Positions 37,030 through 47,787 of a DNA stretch of 64,000 nucleotides are shown piece after piece. Made by a program: the position numbers and the translations under genes. The notes beneath the pieces are model-generated. The model ran no database searches, had not been told where the DNA came from, and saw only the letters and a program-made list of their open reading frames with translations. Within the stretch, counting starts at the first letter, position 1. Each line of letters opens with the position of its first letter. This DNA comes from an uncultured Clostridia bacterium (lineage in GTDB: Bacteria > Bacillota > Clostridia > Christensenellales > UBA1242), in assembly GCA_944345365.1 (NCBI GenBank), contig CALVMJ010000003.1, forward strand, positions 30,800-94,799, given 5' to 3'.

Positions 37030-37100
37030 AATAAAAAAAATAAATTGATTCACTCATAAAAGAGTTAGGGAAAAATTAATTAGCAAAAGGGGAAAAAGTT

Positions 37101-40100
37101 ATGTTTGAACTTAATAACTTTGATTCAATTAGAATTGGTCTTGCATCACCAGAAAAGATAAGAGAATGGTCTCATGGAGAGGTGACAAAGCCAGAAACAA
37201 TTAATTATAGGACTCAAAAACCTGAAAAGGACGGACTTTTTTGCGAAAAAATATTCGGGCCTTGTAAAGATTGGGAATGTCACTGTGGTAAATATAAAAG
37301 AATAAGATACAAGGGTGTTGTTTGCGATAAGTGTGGGGTAGAAGTAACAAGATCAAAAGTTCGTAGAGAAAGAATGGGACATATTGAACTTGCTTCCCCA
37401 GTAACTCATCTTTGGTATTTCCGAAGTGTTCCAAGCAGAATTGGAACTCTTCTGGACTTAACTCCAAAAGCTCTTGAACAGGTAGTTTATTATGTAAATT
37501 ACATTGTTATCGATCCAAAGCAGACAGATTTTGTTTATAAACAAGTTATAACTGACAAGGAATATCGAGATGCTGTTGAAAAATATGGTTATGGCAGTTT
37601 CGAAGCTGAAATGGGAGCAGGGGCAATAAAAAAGCTTTTATCACAAATTGACATCAAAAAAGAAAGTCAGCAGTTAAAAGAAGCATTGCCAACAATGAAA
37701 GGTCAGCGTGGAATTAAAGCAATTAAGAAGCTTGAAGTTATTGACGCATTCTTAAAGAGTGGTAATGATCCAACTTGGATGGTTATGGATGTGATTCCTG
37801 TCCTTCCACCAGAGCTTCGTCCAATGGTACCACTAGATGGTGGAAGATATGCAACTTCTGACTTAAACGACCTTTACAGAAGAGTAATAAACAGAAATAA
37901 TCGTTTGAAAAAACTTATGGATCTTGGAGCTCCTGAGGTAATCATTAGAAACGAAAAGAGAATGCTTCAAGAGGCTGTTGACAACTTAATTGACAATGGT
38001 AAAAGAGGGAAAGCTGTTCAAGGTTCAAAACAAAGAGATTTAAAATCGCTCACAACTATCCTTGGTGGTAAACAAGGTCGTTTCAGACAAAACTTGCTTG
38101 GTAAGAGAGTTGATTATTCAGGTCGATCTGTTATTGTTGTTGGGCCAGAGCTTAAGATGTATCAATGTGGCCTTCCAAAAGAAATGGCATTAGAGCTTTT
38201 TAAACCTTTCATAATTAACAAATTGATTGAGTTAAATAAGTCTAACAATATTAAGAGTGCAAAAAGAATGATTGAAAGGGAAAAACCTGTTGTTTGGGAT
38301 ATCTTAGCAGAAGTTATTAAAGATCACCCAGTTTTCTTAAACCGTGCACCAACACTTCACAGACTTTCAGTTCAAGCATTCGAGCCAGTTTTGATTGATG
38401 GAAGAGCAATTAAGCTTCACCCATCTGTTTGTGCAGCTTTTAACGCCGACTTCGACGGAGATCAAATGTCTGTTCATGTTCCTCTTTCATTGGAGGCAAG
38501 GACAGAAGCAAGAACTTTGATGCTTGCTTCGAACAACATTTTGAAATTGTCTGACGGAGAGCCTGTCGTTACCCCAGCTCAGGACGTTATTTTGGGCTGT
38601 TGCTATTTGACTCTTATCAAAAAAGGAGCAAAAGGAGAGGGAGCTATTTTTGCTTCAAAAGAAGAAGCAATAATGGCTTATCTTGCTAATCGCGTTCACA
38701 TTCAAGCAGAAATTCAAGTGAGAAACACAGTTGTAATTGATGATAAAGAATATACAAAAAGAATTACAACTTCTGTTGGAAGGTTGATATTTAATGATGC
38801 ACTTCCTTATGATATTGGTTTGATAGACAGAAGCAAGGAAGAGAATTTTGCCGAGCTTCAAGTAAACTATCCAGTAATGAAAAAGCAGTTAAAGAAGATA
38901 ATTGCAAATGCTTATGATGTTCTTGGAACAAGTGAGTGTTCAAAGCTTGTTGACAGAATTAAGGATATGGGATACAAGTTTTCAACTCTTGCCTCAATTA
39001 CAGTTAATGTTTATGACGCAAAAACTCCAAAGGAGAAAGAAACACTTATTGCAGAGGCAGAAGCAAAAGTTAATGAAAATGAAAAAATGTTTAAGCGTGG
39101 GCTTATCACATTAGATGAAAAGCTTACCGAAAACATAAAAATCTGGGGAGATGTTCACGCAAAGTGTAGTGATGCAGTTATTAATGGCTTAGACGAATTT
39201 AACCCATTCAGAATTATGATTACATCTGGGGCGAGAGGAAATAACATTCAGTTAAACTCAGTTTGTGGTATGGTTGGATTAAAGTCAAATGCGTCTGGAC
39301 AAAAAGTTGACAGCCCTATTAAGTCTAACTTTACATCAGGGCTTTCACCTATTGAGTACTTCCTTTCTGCGCGTGGTAGCCGTAAAGGTCTTATGGATAC
39401 AGCGATGAAGACAGCCGATTCTGGTTATCTTACAAGAAGACTTGTTGATGTGTCGCAAGATGTTGTTGTTACAACCGAAGATTGCTTTGCTGATCTTGAC
39501 GAAAATGTTAAAGGAATTTGGGTGAGCGATCTTATTGTTGATGGAAATGTTCAAGAGACTCTTGAAGAAAGAATTTATGGCCGTGTTGCTGTAAGCGATG
39601 TTGAAGATCCAAAAACCGGAGAAATTATCGTTAAATCAAACGAAATGATTTCAAAAGAACAGGCAGAAAAAATAACAAAAGCTGGAATTAAAAAGGTTCA
39701 GATTAGATCCTTATTAACATGTAAATGCAAGCATGGAGTTTGTGCAAAATGTTATGGAAGAAATCTTTCTGGAAAAGATATGGTCCATGTTGGAGAGGCT
39801 GTTGGAACAATTGCTGCTCAGTCTATCGGAGAACCTGGAACTCAGCTTACAATGAGAACTTTCCATACCGGAGGATCTGCCGCTGCTGCCGACATTACAC
39901 AAGGTTTGCCTCGTGTTGAAGAAATCTTTGAGGCGAGAAGACCAAAAGGTGAGGCACAATTGTCAGAAGTTGCTGGAAAGGTTAAAATAAAAGAAGATGC
40001 AAAATACTACACAATTACAATCACAAATCGTGATGGTGATACTGAATACGAAGTTAAAAAACCTGTTGTTCTTACAGTTAAAAACGGAGAGAGTGTTGAG

Positions 40101-40631
40101 CCTGGATCTCAACTAACTGCCGGAGCAATAAATCCTTCAGATTTGCTGAGATTAAAAGGGTTAAAAGGTTTGCAAGATTATCTTTTGTCACAAGTTATTT
40201 CTGTTTATAGAAGCCAAGATGTTGTTGTTAACGACAAACATGTTGAAATTATAATAAGACAGATGATTAAGAAAGTTAGGATAGAGTCGTCTGGTGACAC
40301 AAAACTCCTTCCAGGAGAAGTTGTTGACGCAAGTGTTTATGACGAAGAGAACATGGAAGTCTTCCAAAACGGAGGTGTTCCTGCCACAGCAAAAAGAATC
40401 TTGTTGGGAATAACAAAAGCTGCGCTTTCAACAACCTCGTTCTTATCAGCTGCTTCCTTCCAAGAAACATCAAGAGTTTTGACTGAAGCCGCTATAAAAG
40501 GAAAGGTTGATAATCTTATGGGATTAAAAGAAAACATAATTATTGGAAAACTTATTCCTGCCGGAACAGGTCTTACAAAATATAGAGAAGTAATGCCTGT
40601 TGTTGTGAAGGAAGAGTCAGTTGCAGAGTAA
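37101..40631 (+). CDS. rpoC: DNA-directed RNA polymerase subunit beta'
   Basis: Zinc-binding [23 protein letters not shown], catalytic NADFDGDQM, and trigger-loop and bridge-helix regions. RBS GGGGA. Confidence 0.97.
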   Translation: MFELNNFDSIRIGLASPEKIREWSHGEVTKPETINYRTQKPEKDGLFCEKIFGPCKDWECHCGKYKRIRYKGVVCDKCGVEVTRSKVRRERMGHIELASPVTHLWYFRSVPSRIGTLLDLTPKALEQVVYYVNYIVIDPKQTDFVYKQVITDKEYRDAVEKYGYGSFEAEMGAGAIKKLLSQIDIKKESQQLKEALPTMKGQRGIKAIKKLEVIDAFLKSGNDPTWMVMDVIPVLPPELRPMVPLDGGRYATSDLNDLYRRVINRNNRLKKLMDLGAPEVIIRNEKRMLQEAVDNLIDNGKRGKAVQGSKQRDLKSLTTILGGKQGRFRQNLLGKRVDYSGRSVIVVGPELKMYQCGLPKEMALELFKPFIINKLIELNKSNNIKSAKRMIEREKPVVWDILAEVIKDHPVFLNRAPTLHRLSVQAFEPVLIDGRAIKLHPSVCAAFNADFDGDQMSVHVPLSLEARTEARTLMLASNNILKLSDGEPVVTPAQDVILGCCYLTLIKKGAKGEGAIFASKEEAIMAYLANRVHIQAEIQVRNTVVIDDKEYTKRITTSVGRLIFNDALPYDIGLIDRSKEENFAELQVNYPVMKKQLKKIIANAYDVLGTSECSKLVDRIKDMGYKFSTLASITVNVYDAKTPKEKETLIAEAEAKVNENEKMFKRGLITLDEKLTENIKIWGDVHAKCSDAVINGLDEFNPFRIMITSGARGNNIQLNSVCGMVGLKSNASGQKVDSPIKSNFTSGLSPIEYFLSARGSRKGLMDTAMKTADSGYLTRRLVDVSQDVVVTTEDCFADLDENVKGIWVSDLIVDGNVQETLEERIYGRVAVSDVEDPKTGEIIVKSNEMISKEQAEKITKAGIKKVQIRSLLTCKCKHGVCAKCYGRNLSGKDMVHVGEAVGTIAAQSIGEPGTQLTMRTFHTGGSAAAADITQGLPRVEEIFEARRPKGEAQLSEVAGKVKIKEDAKYYTITITNRDGDTEYEVKKPVVLTVKNGESVEPGSQLTAGAINPSDLLRLKGLKGLQDYLLSQVISVYRSQDVVVNDKHVEIIIRQMIKKVRIESSGDTKLLPGEVVDASVYDEENMEVFQNGGVPATAKRILLGITKAALSTTSFLSAASFQETSRVLTEAAIKGKVDNLMGLKENIIIGKLIPAGTGLTKYREVMPVVVKEESVAE

Positions 40632-40658
40632 AAAGTGAGCTTATGCTCACTTTTTTTT
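40632..40658 (+). terminator. Rho-independent terminator after rpoC
   Basis: AAAAGTGAGC TTAT GCTCACTTTT followed by a T-run. Confidence 0.75.
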
Positions 40659-40788
40659 ATTAATCTTTTATTATGAATAATTAAATCATAAATTTATAGA
40701 GTTAAGTTTTATGAAAAGGCACTTTACTTTGTTGACATATTTTTCCCAGAATTATATACTAAAAAAGTAAACATTTTACGGAGGAAAA

Positions 40789-42129
40789 ATGAAAAAATCA
40801 AAGGCTGGGATTTTTACACTTAGCTCTTCATCTTTGATTGTTTGTGAAAGCTTAGTTACAATTATTATTATATTTCTTGATACTTTCCTTGTTTCAAAAT
40901 TAATGAAACTAACACCGGGAGATTATACGGGCATATCTTTGTTTAATTTCTTATACTATGTAATTATTTCCCTTTCAACTTTTGTGATTACACCGCTATT
41001 TAAAAAGATGAGTAAAAGCCTTGCTGTAAGTATTGGAGCATTATTTTTAGCAGGATTATTTATTTTTGTTTATATGTTAGGCGATAACATCGTAAGTTAT
41101 ATATGGCTTTTAGGTTGTTTAAGTGGATTGGGAACTGGGATAAATAATGCCGGTTTTAATAACCTTTTAAGTGACACAATAAGTAGCAAGCACCAAACGA
41201 TTTACTTTTCAGTAAAAAATATTATAATTTTTATGATTAAAACTGTTTTTCCACTTGTTTTAGGGGTAATTATTGATTTTGGCTCGTTTGCATTAATGTG
41301 CGTCTTAAATGCCTTAATCTGTATTTTTATTTTCGTTTTTTCTTTTCTCGTTAAAAACAAAAAAACTACGCCAAAATCTTTTAATATAATTAAGTTTTGG
41401 AGAATAGTTAAGCAAGGTAAAGAAGAAACAAAGCCAATCAAAACTCTTTTCCTAAGCGCATTTTTTAGAGGATTTTGTTTTGATCTTATTGCCACAATAT
41501 TTACCATTTTATTGTTTTTTGTTTCGAATGGCTCTGATTTTAAAATTGGACTTTTTCAGACAATTTTCACCGCGCTACAACTTGTTTCAATGTTCCTATT
41601 TATGAAATTTTATCATAAAAACAGAGCAAAATGGTTTGTTTTTGGTTCGTTGGGACTGATTTTGCTATCGTCAATTCCAGTTTTTATTTCAATTAATTTA
41701 ACATCAGTGTTGATTTTCTTTGGGGTATATTACTTTTTCCGACTTTTTATTACAACAATTACAGATATGCGAAAACCGGTTCTGATAAGACTTTTATCAA
41801 TGCATAGTCACTCACTTGAATATAATGCGACTTACAGTTTAATATATGGCATTTCTAGGGGAAGCAGTTATTTATTATTATTAATAAGTTTAGCTGTCAG
41901 CGAAGTTACAATGGTTTACATTGTTTTGGGAGTAAATTTACTCGCATATATCCTGTATGCAACGACATTGTATGTTCTTGAAAAACAGCTTATTGCGCAG
42001 GATATAAGGTGGAAAAAGGAACACCAAGCTGAGCTTAATATTGCAAATGAATCCAACAAAGAAATTAAGGAAGATGTTAGCAGTGAAATTCCAGTTACTA
42101 TCGAGCAGATTAAAATAAAAGAAGCTTAG
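40789..42129 (+). CDS. Polytopic membrane protein (about 12 TM), probable MFS-type transporter
   Basis: 446 aa, hydrophobic throughout with a central basic loop (KNKKTTPKSF..KQGKEETK) splitting two roughly 6-TM halves. RBS GGAGG and a TTGACA-17-TATACT promoter upstream. No diagnostic motif was recognised. Confidence 0.5.
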   Translation: MKKSKAGIFTLSSSSLIVCESLVTIIIIFLDTFLVSKLMKLTPGDYTGISLFNFLYYVIISLSTFVITPLFKKMSKSLAVSIGALFLAGLFIFVYMLGDNIVSYIWLLGCLSGLGTGINNAGFNNLLSDTISSKHQTIYFSVKNIIIFMIKTVFPLVLGVIIDFGSFALMCVLNALICIFIFVFSFLVKNKKTTPKSFNIIKFWRIVKQGKEETKPIKTLFLSAFFRGFCFDLIATIFTILLFFVSNGSDFKIGLFQTIFTALQLVSMFLFMKFYHKNRAKWFVFGSLGLILLSSIPVFISINLTSVLIFFGVYYFFRLFITTITDMRKPVLIRLLSMHSHSLEYNATYSLIYGISRGSSYLLLLISLAVSEVTMVYIVLGVNLLAYILYATTLYVLEKQLIAQDIRWKKEHQAELNIANESNKEIKEDVSSEIPVTIEQIKIKEA

Positions 42130-42139
42130 GAGAATTTCT

Positions 42140-43309
42140 ATGGACAAAATTTTTGAAGTAGCTATCATTGGTGGAGGCGCAAGCGGATTGTTTTGCGCTA
42201 ATTCTCTGCGTTTTAATTCTGATGAAATTATAATTATAGATAAAAGTAGCCTCGGGAAAAAATTGCTTGTCACAGGAAATGGAAGATGTAATTTAACAAA
42301 CAAAAATATTGATATAGATAAATACAACACAATCCTCACCAAAGAGGTGATTGAATCATTTGACCAATTCAAAACAATACAATATTTTAAAAAGCTTGGC
42401 ATAGAAATTTATTTTGATAAAGAAGGGAGGGGATATCCATTAAGTGATAAGGCAAAAGATGTCAAAGAAAGACTTTTAGCTGGAATTGAAAATGTTAAGT
42501 ATTTAAACGATGAAGTTATTAAGGTGACAAAAAATCAAGTTTTTGAAATTAAGATTATGTCGGGAGAAAAAGTTTTTGCCAGAAATGTTGTAATGGCTTG
42601 TGGAAATAATAATCTTGAAAAAATTTTGGAAGGATTTAAATTAAGCTTTGAAAGACAAAAAAAAGTTTTGACGGGCTTTAAAGTAAACAAAGGCTATGAT
42701 TGTCATCTTTTTGGGACACGGGTTAATTGTGTTGTTAAAGCCAATTTTAATGGAAATAAATTTTGTGAAAATGGGCAGGTTCAGTTTAAAAAAGACGGTA
42801 TATCAGGAATAGTAGTTTTTAACCTCTCAGCGTTTGCTCAAAAACATAATGCGCAAAACTTTAGGGTGGAGTTAGAACTTTTGCCTAGTATTACAAAAGA
42901 TGAATTGATGAAAATACTTATTTTCAGAAGCCAAAATTGCCAAAATCTTTTAGTTAAAGATGTTTTTGTGGGGATATTAGACCCACAAATTGCAAAATAT
43001 ATATTGACGAGAACAAAAATAGAAAATCAGCAAAGGCCTGTCATAAATTTGACACTTAAAGAAATTGAAAAGCTTTCACAAAGTGTTAAGTCATTAGATT
43101 TTATTTGTAACGAAACCTATGAAGATTGTCAAGTTTTATCAGGTGGAATTGATTTAAAAAGTCTTGATAATTTGCAAACAAAAGTAGAAGGGCTTTACGT
43201 TTGTGGAGAGTGTTGTAATGTTTATGGGCCATGCGGAGGATACAACTTGCAATGGGCTTGGAGCAGTGGCCATTTTGTTGCAAAGATGATAAATAAAAGA
43301 CTAAACTAA
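42140..43309 (+). CDS. HI0933/BaiN-family FAD-dependent flavoprotein
   Basis: N-terminal dinucleotide-binding VAIIGGGASGLF and the family-typical C-terminus GECCNVYGPCGGYNLQWAWSSGHFVA. Confidence 0.75.
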   Translation: MDKIFEVAIIGGGASGLFCANSLRFNSDEIIIIDKSSLGKKLLVTGNGRCNLTNKNIDIDKYNTILTKEVIESFDQFKTIQYFKKLGIEIYFDKEGRGYPLSDKAKDVKERLLAGIENVKYLNDEVIKVTKNQVFEIKIMSGEKVFARNVVMACGNNNLEKILEGFKLSFERQKKVLTGFKVNKGYDCHLFGTRVNCVVKANFNGNKFCENGQVQFKKDGISGIVVFNLSAFAQKHNAQNFRVELELLPSITKDELMKILIFRSQNCQNLLVKDVFVGILDPQIAKYILTRTKIENQQRPVINLTLKEIEKLSQSVKSLDFICNETYEDCQVLSGGIDLKSLDNLQTKVEGLYVCGECCNVYGPCGGYNLQWAWSSGHFVAKMINKRLN

Positions 43310-43340
43310 AAAAATCAAAAAATCTTAATAAGGGGGGATT

Positions 43341-45686
43341 ATGAAAAACAATTATCTTAGTAAAAATTATTTGGAAAAGCTTGATATGTATTTTAGAGCG
43401 TCGAACTATATATCTGCTGGACAACTATATTTACTTGATAATCCTTTGCTTGAGGAAAAATTAACGTCAAAACACATTAAAAAAAAGATTGTTGGCCACT
43501 GGGGAACAGTTCCTGGACAAAATTTTGTTTACACTCACTGCAACAGAGTTATTAAGAAATATAATCTTGATATGATGCTTGTTTCTGGGCCAGGGCATGG
43601 TGGGAATTTTTTTGTCGCTAATTCCTATCTAGAAGGATCTTATTCAGAGTTCTATCCAGATGTTTCACAATCGCGGGAAGGAATGATAAAACTATTTAAG
43701 CAGTTTTCTTTTCCGGGAGGAATAAGCAGTCATGTTGCACCCGAAGTTCCGGGAAGCATTAATGAGGGGGGAGAGCTTGGATATAGCTTAGCTCATGCAT
43801 TTGGTTCAGCCTTTGACAACAAGAATTTAATCGTAACAACAATTGTGGGTGATGGAGAGGCTGAAACTGGGCCGTTGGCAACCTCATGGCACAGCAACAA
43901 ATTTATCAATCCTCAAAAAGATGGGGCTGTTTTGCCAATCTTGCATTTAAATGGATATAAAATCAGCAATCCAACAATTTTGGCAAGAATAAATAAAAGA
44001 GAGTTAATTGCCTTGTTTAAGGGTTATGGTTACTCTCCAATTTTTGTCGAGGGAGATAATCCTAAGACAATGCATAAGTCGATGGCAAAGGCAATGGATA
44101 AATGTATTGAAAAAATACTGAAAATATGGAGATATACAAGGGAAGGTGGAAAGACAAAAAGACCTGTTTGGCCTATGATAATTCTAAAAACTCCTAAGGG
44201 CTGGACTGGACCGAAATTTGTTGATGGCGAAAAAATAGAGGGAAGTTTTAAGGCTCATCAAGTGCCAATTGGAATGAATAAGCCGGAGCATATAGAATTA
44301 CTTGAAAAGTGGCTTAAAAGTTATAACCCCCAAGAACTTTTTGAAGACTATAAATTAAAGAAAGAAATTGCTGAGATTTTGCCAAAAGGAGCGCAAAGAA
44401 TAAGCTCAAACTTGCATGCTAATGGTGGAATATTGCTTAAAGAGATAAATTGCCCTGACTTAAAAAAGTATGCTGTCAAGGTTAAAAATCCGGGCAGTGT
44501 TAGAGAGCAGGATATGTTTATACTTGGTGGATATCTTAGAGATTTGTACTATTTAAACAATGACAATTTTAGAATTTTTGGGCCAGACGAGGCGATGAGT
44601 AATCGACTTTACAAAGTTTTTGAAAAGGAAAACCGTGACTTTAATGCAACCATCTATAAATCCGATGATAAACTAGCTCATGACGGCAGGATTATGGATT
44701 CTTTCCTTTCTGAGCATATGTGCGAAGGCTGGCTTGAAGGATATTTACTTACGGGAAGACATGGTTTGTTTCACAGTTACGAAGCTTTTGTTAGGGTGGT
44801 TGACAGTATGATCAGTCAACATGCAAAATGGCTAAAACTTTGCAATGAAATTCCTTGGAGAAAACCTATCGCCTCTCTTAATCTTTTGCTAACAAGCAAT
44901 GTTTGGCAACAAGATCACAATGGTTACACTCATCAGGACCCTGGGCTTCTTGATCATGTTAATAACAAAAAGCCAAATATAGTCAGAATTTATTTGCCAC
45001 CAGACGCTAACTGTCTTCTTAGCTGTGTTGACCATTGCATTAAAACAAAAAATTATATCAATGTCATAGTTGCTTCAAAGCACCCAAGTTTTCAATGGTT
45101 AAATATCGAAAAGGCAACCCAGCATTGTGAAAAAGGTATTGGAGTTTGGGATTTTGCTTGCGTGGGAAATGCTGATAACCCAGATATTGTTATTGCTTCG
45201 GCAGGTGATACTCCAACTTTAGAAGCATTGGCAAGTGTGAAAATTTTAAAGGAACTTCTTCCTAATATAAACATAAGATTTATTAATGTTGTAGATTTAA
45301 TGAAGCTAGTTTCTAACAAAACACACCCTCATGGACTTAGTGATGAAGAATATGACAAGCTGTTTACAAAAGACAAACATATAGTATTTAATTTCCACGG
45401 CTATCCACAACTCATACATCAACTCACATATAACCGAAGAAACCAAAATCTACACGTCAGGGGATATGTTGAAGAAGGGACAATTACAACGCCTTTTGAT
45501 ATGAGGGTTCAAAACAAAATAGACAGATTTAATTTGGTTATGCTGGCCGTTAAATACTTGAAAATTTCAAAAGATGAAAAGAAGAAAATAATAAGAAAAA
45601 TGGAAGAATTACTTTTAAAGCATAACGAATATATAAGGGAATATGGTCAAGATTTGCCAGAAATAAGGAATTGGAAATGGCAATAA
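43341..45686 (+). CDS. xfp: Xylulose-5-phosphate / fructose-6-phosphate phosphoketolase
   Basis: 781 aa with the hallmark segments GHWGTVPGQNF, EGGELGYSL, GDGEAETGPLA and QDHNGYTHQDPG. Confidence 0.92.
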   Translation: MKNNYLSKNYLEKLDMYFRASNYISAGQLYLLDNPLLEEKLTSKHIKKKIVGHWGTVPGQNFVYTHCNRVIKKYNLDMMLVSGPGHGGNFFVANSYLEGSYSEFYPDVSQSREGMIKLFKQFSFPGGISSHVAPEVPGSINEGGELGYSLAHAFGSAFDNKNLIVTTIVGDGEAETGPLATSWHSNKFINPQKDGAVLPILHLNGYKISNPTILARINKRELIALFKGYGYSPIFVEGDNPKTMHKSMAKAMDKCIEKILKIWRYTREGGKTKRPVWPMIILKTPKGWTGPKFVDGEKIEGSFKAHQVPIGMNKPEHIELLEKWLKSYNPQELFEDYKLKKEIAEILPKGAQRISSNLHANGGILLKEINCPDLKKYAVKVKNPGSVREQDMFILGGYLRDLYYLNNDNFRIFGPDEAMSNRLYKVFEKENRDFNATIYKSDDKLAHDGRIMDSFLSEHMCEGWLEGYLLTGRHGLFHSYEAFVRVVDSMISQHAKWLKLCNEIPWRKPIASLNLLLTSNVWQQDHNGYTHQDPGLLDHVNNKKPNIVRIYLPPDANCLLSCVDHCIKTKNYINVIVASKHPSFQWLNIEKATQHCEKGIGVWDFACVGNADNPDIVIASAGDTPTLEALASVKILKELLPNINIRFINVVDLMKLVSNKTHPHGLSDEEYDKLFTKDKHIVFNFHGYPQLIHQLTYNRRNQNLHVRGYVEEGTITTPFDMRVQNKIDRFNLVMLAVKYLKISKDEKKKIIRKMEELLLKHNEYIREYGQDLPEIRNWKWQ

Positions 45687-45692
45687 ATAAAA

Positions 45693-45727
45693 AAAAGAAT
45701 TGCACAAAATTTAAGCAATTCTTTTTT
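45693..45727 (+). terminator. Rho-independent terminator after xfp
   Basis: AAGAATTGC ... GCAATTCTT followed by TTTT. Confidence 0.7.
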
Positions 45728-45826
45728 AAAAGGCACTAAATTTGGCAAAAATATAAGTAAATTTACTTTAATTCAAATTTACTTATATGTCGTTTAGTGC
45801 TATAATTTATTTATATGGGAGAAAAA

Positions 45827-47785
45827 ATGTCTGAATTTAAGTTAATCAGTGCTTATAAGCCGACAGGAGATCAGCCCAAGGCAATAGAAAAACTTGCCGA
45901 GGGCATTAATGATGGATTAAAATCTCAAGTCTTACTTGGAGTTACCGGAAGCGGTAAAACCTTTACTATGGCGAATATAATTGAAAAAGTTGGAAAACCA
46001 ACGCTTGTAATTGCTCATAATAAGATTTTGGCAGCGCAACTTTGTAATGAGTTTAAAGAGCTTTTTCCAAATAACAGAGTTGAGTTTTTTGTTTCATATT
46101 ATGACTATTATCAACCAGAAAGCTATATTGCCTCAACTGACACCTATATCGAAAAGGATATGTCTGTAAACGACGAAATAGACAAACTAAGAGCCTCGGC
46201 AACAAACTCTCTGCTTGAAAGAAAAGATGTAATTGTTGTTGCCTCGGTTTCGTGTATTTATGGCCTTGGAAGTCCAGAGGAATATTATAATCTTCATATT
46301 TCTTTAAGAAAAGGAGATCAAGTAAGCAGAGAGGAAATAATAAAAAAGCTTGTTAGTATTCAGTACGAAAGAAATGAAGTTGATTTTAAAAGGTCTACAT
46401 TTCGTAGCAAGGGTGACAGGCTTGATATTTTTCCTTCTTCTCAATCCGAACTTGCAATCAGGGTAGAATTTTTTGGAGATGAAATCGACAGAATATGTGA
46501 GTTTGAAGTTGTTACCGGAAACATAATAAATGAACTAAGTTATGCTGTGATTTATCCTGCAACTCACTATGCTGTTGGACGAGAAAAAATGCAAAAAGCG
46601 TTGCAGGAAATCGAAAAGGATAGGGTTGAAAAGATTAACTATTTTAATCAATTAAACAAGCCGATAGAAGCAGAGCGAATTGCGCAAAGAGTGAGTTATG
46701 ACATTGAGATGATGAAAGAAGTTGGATATTGCAGTGGTATTGAAAATTACAGCCGTTATTTTGATGGAAGAAGCCCTGGTGAGCCCCCTTTCACATTAAT
46801 GGACTATTTCCCGAAAGACTTTCTAACCTTGATTGATGAAAGTCATATGACAATCCCCCAAATCAGGGCTATGTATAACGGGGATAAAGCAAGAAAAACA
46901 AGTCTTGTTGATTATGGATTTCGATTAGATTCAGCTTTTGACAACAGGCCACTAAATTTCGAGGAGTTTAATCAAAAACTTGGCCAAACAATCTATATCT
47001 CGGCGACACCGGCAAAATATGAGCTTGAAAAAGCAGATAACATTGTTGAGCAAATAATTAGGCCAACTGGACTTCTTGATCCACAAATTGAAGTCAAAAA
47101 AATTGATGGTCAAATACAGGAGTTAATGGCACAAATTAAGATGGTGATTAAAAATAATGCCAGAGTTCTTGTCACAACACTAACAAAGAAAATGGCAGAG
47201 AGTTTGACCTCTTATCTTTCTGAAAAAGGATTTAAAGTTAGATATATGCACTCTGAGATTGACACTTTGGAAAGAGTTGATATAATAAATGGATTAAGAG
47301 CCGGCGACTTTGATGTTTTGATTGGAATTAATCTTTTAAGAGAGGGACTTGATATGCCCGAGGTAGAACTTGTGTGTATACTTGACGCAGATAAGGAGGG
47401 ATTTTTAAGGTCAGAAGGTGCTTTAATTCAGACTATTGGAAGGGCGGCAAGAAATGCCAATGGTAGAGTGATAATGTTTGCAGACACAATCACGCAATCT
47501 ATGAAAAATGCAATAGAGAAAACCGAAAAGAGAAGAAAACTTCAAGAAGAATTTAATCAAAAGCATGGAATTATTCCAAAAACTATAATTAAACCAATTA
47601 AAAATAGTTTAGAAATAAGCAAAAAAGTTGAAGATTTAGATTTGAAAGTTAAGGATATCCCTAAGGAAATCGAAAAACTGACGGCGCTTATGAAAATTGC
47701 TTCAACAAACCTCGACTTTGAAAGAGCAATTACACTTCGAGAAAGAATAAGTGCATTAAGAAAGAAAATAAGTAATAAGAGGTAA
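45827..47785 (+). CDS. uvrB: Excinuclease ABC subunit B
   Basis: [10 protein letters not shown], Walker [11 protein letters not shown], helicase motifs and the C-terminal UVR domain (..[18 protein letters not shown]). ATG 45827 is preferred over ATG 45815; the GGGAG at 45817-45821 then serves as the RBS. Confidence 0.95.
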   Translation: MSEFKLISAYKPTGDQPKAIEKLAEGINDGLKSQVLLGVTGSGKTFTMANIIEKVGKPTLVIAHNKILAAQLCNEFKELFPNNRVEFFVSYYDYYQPESYIASTDTYIEKDMSVNDEIDKLRASATNSLLERKDVIVVASVSCIYGLGSPEEYYNLHISLRKGDQVSREEIIKKLVSIQYERNEVDFKRSTFRSKGDRLDIFPSSQSELAIRVEFFGDEIDRICEFEVVTGNIINELSYAVIYPATHYAVGREKMQKALQEIEKDRVEKINYFNQLNKPIEAERIAQRVSYDIEMMKEVGYCSGIENYSRYFDGRSPGEPPFTLMDYFPKDFLTLIDESHMTIPQIRAMYNGDKARKTSLVDYGFRLDSAFDNRPLNFEEFNQKLGQTIYISATPAKYELEKADNIVEQIIRPTGLLDPQIEVKKIDGQIQELMAQIKMVIKNNARVLVTTLTKKMAESLTSYLSEKGFKVRYMHSEIDTLERVDIINGLRAGDFDVLIGINLLREGLDMPEVELVCILDADKEGFLRSEGALIQTIGRAARNANGRVIMFADTITQSMKNAIEKTEKRRKLQEEFNQKHGIIPKTIIKPIKNSLEISKKVEDLDLKVKDIPKEIEKLTALMKIASTNLDFERAITLRERISALRKKISNKR

Positions 47786-47787
47786 AA

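Noticed and set aside
41938-42402. 154-aa minus-strand ORF spanning the transporter/flavoprotein junction
   Set aside because: It is antisense to two well-supported genes with good RBSs, and no recognisable motif was seen.
45687-45826. Canonical Firmicute SOS (Cheo) box upstream of uvrB, and likewise upstream of uvrC and recX
   Set aside because: There is no GAAC-N4-GTTC-like sequence in these upstream regions. Only AT palindromes are present, and these are reported separately at low confidence.
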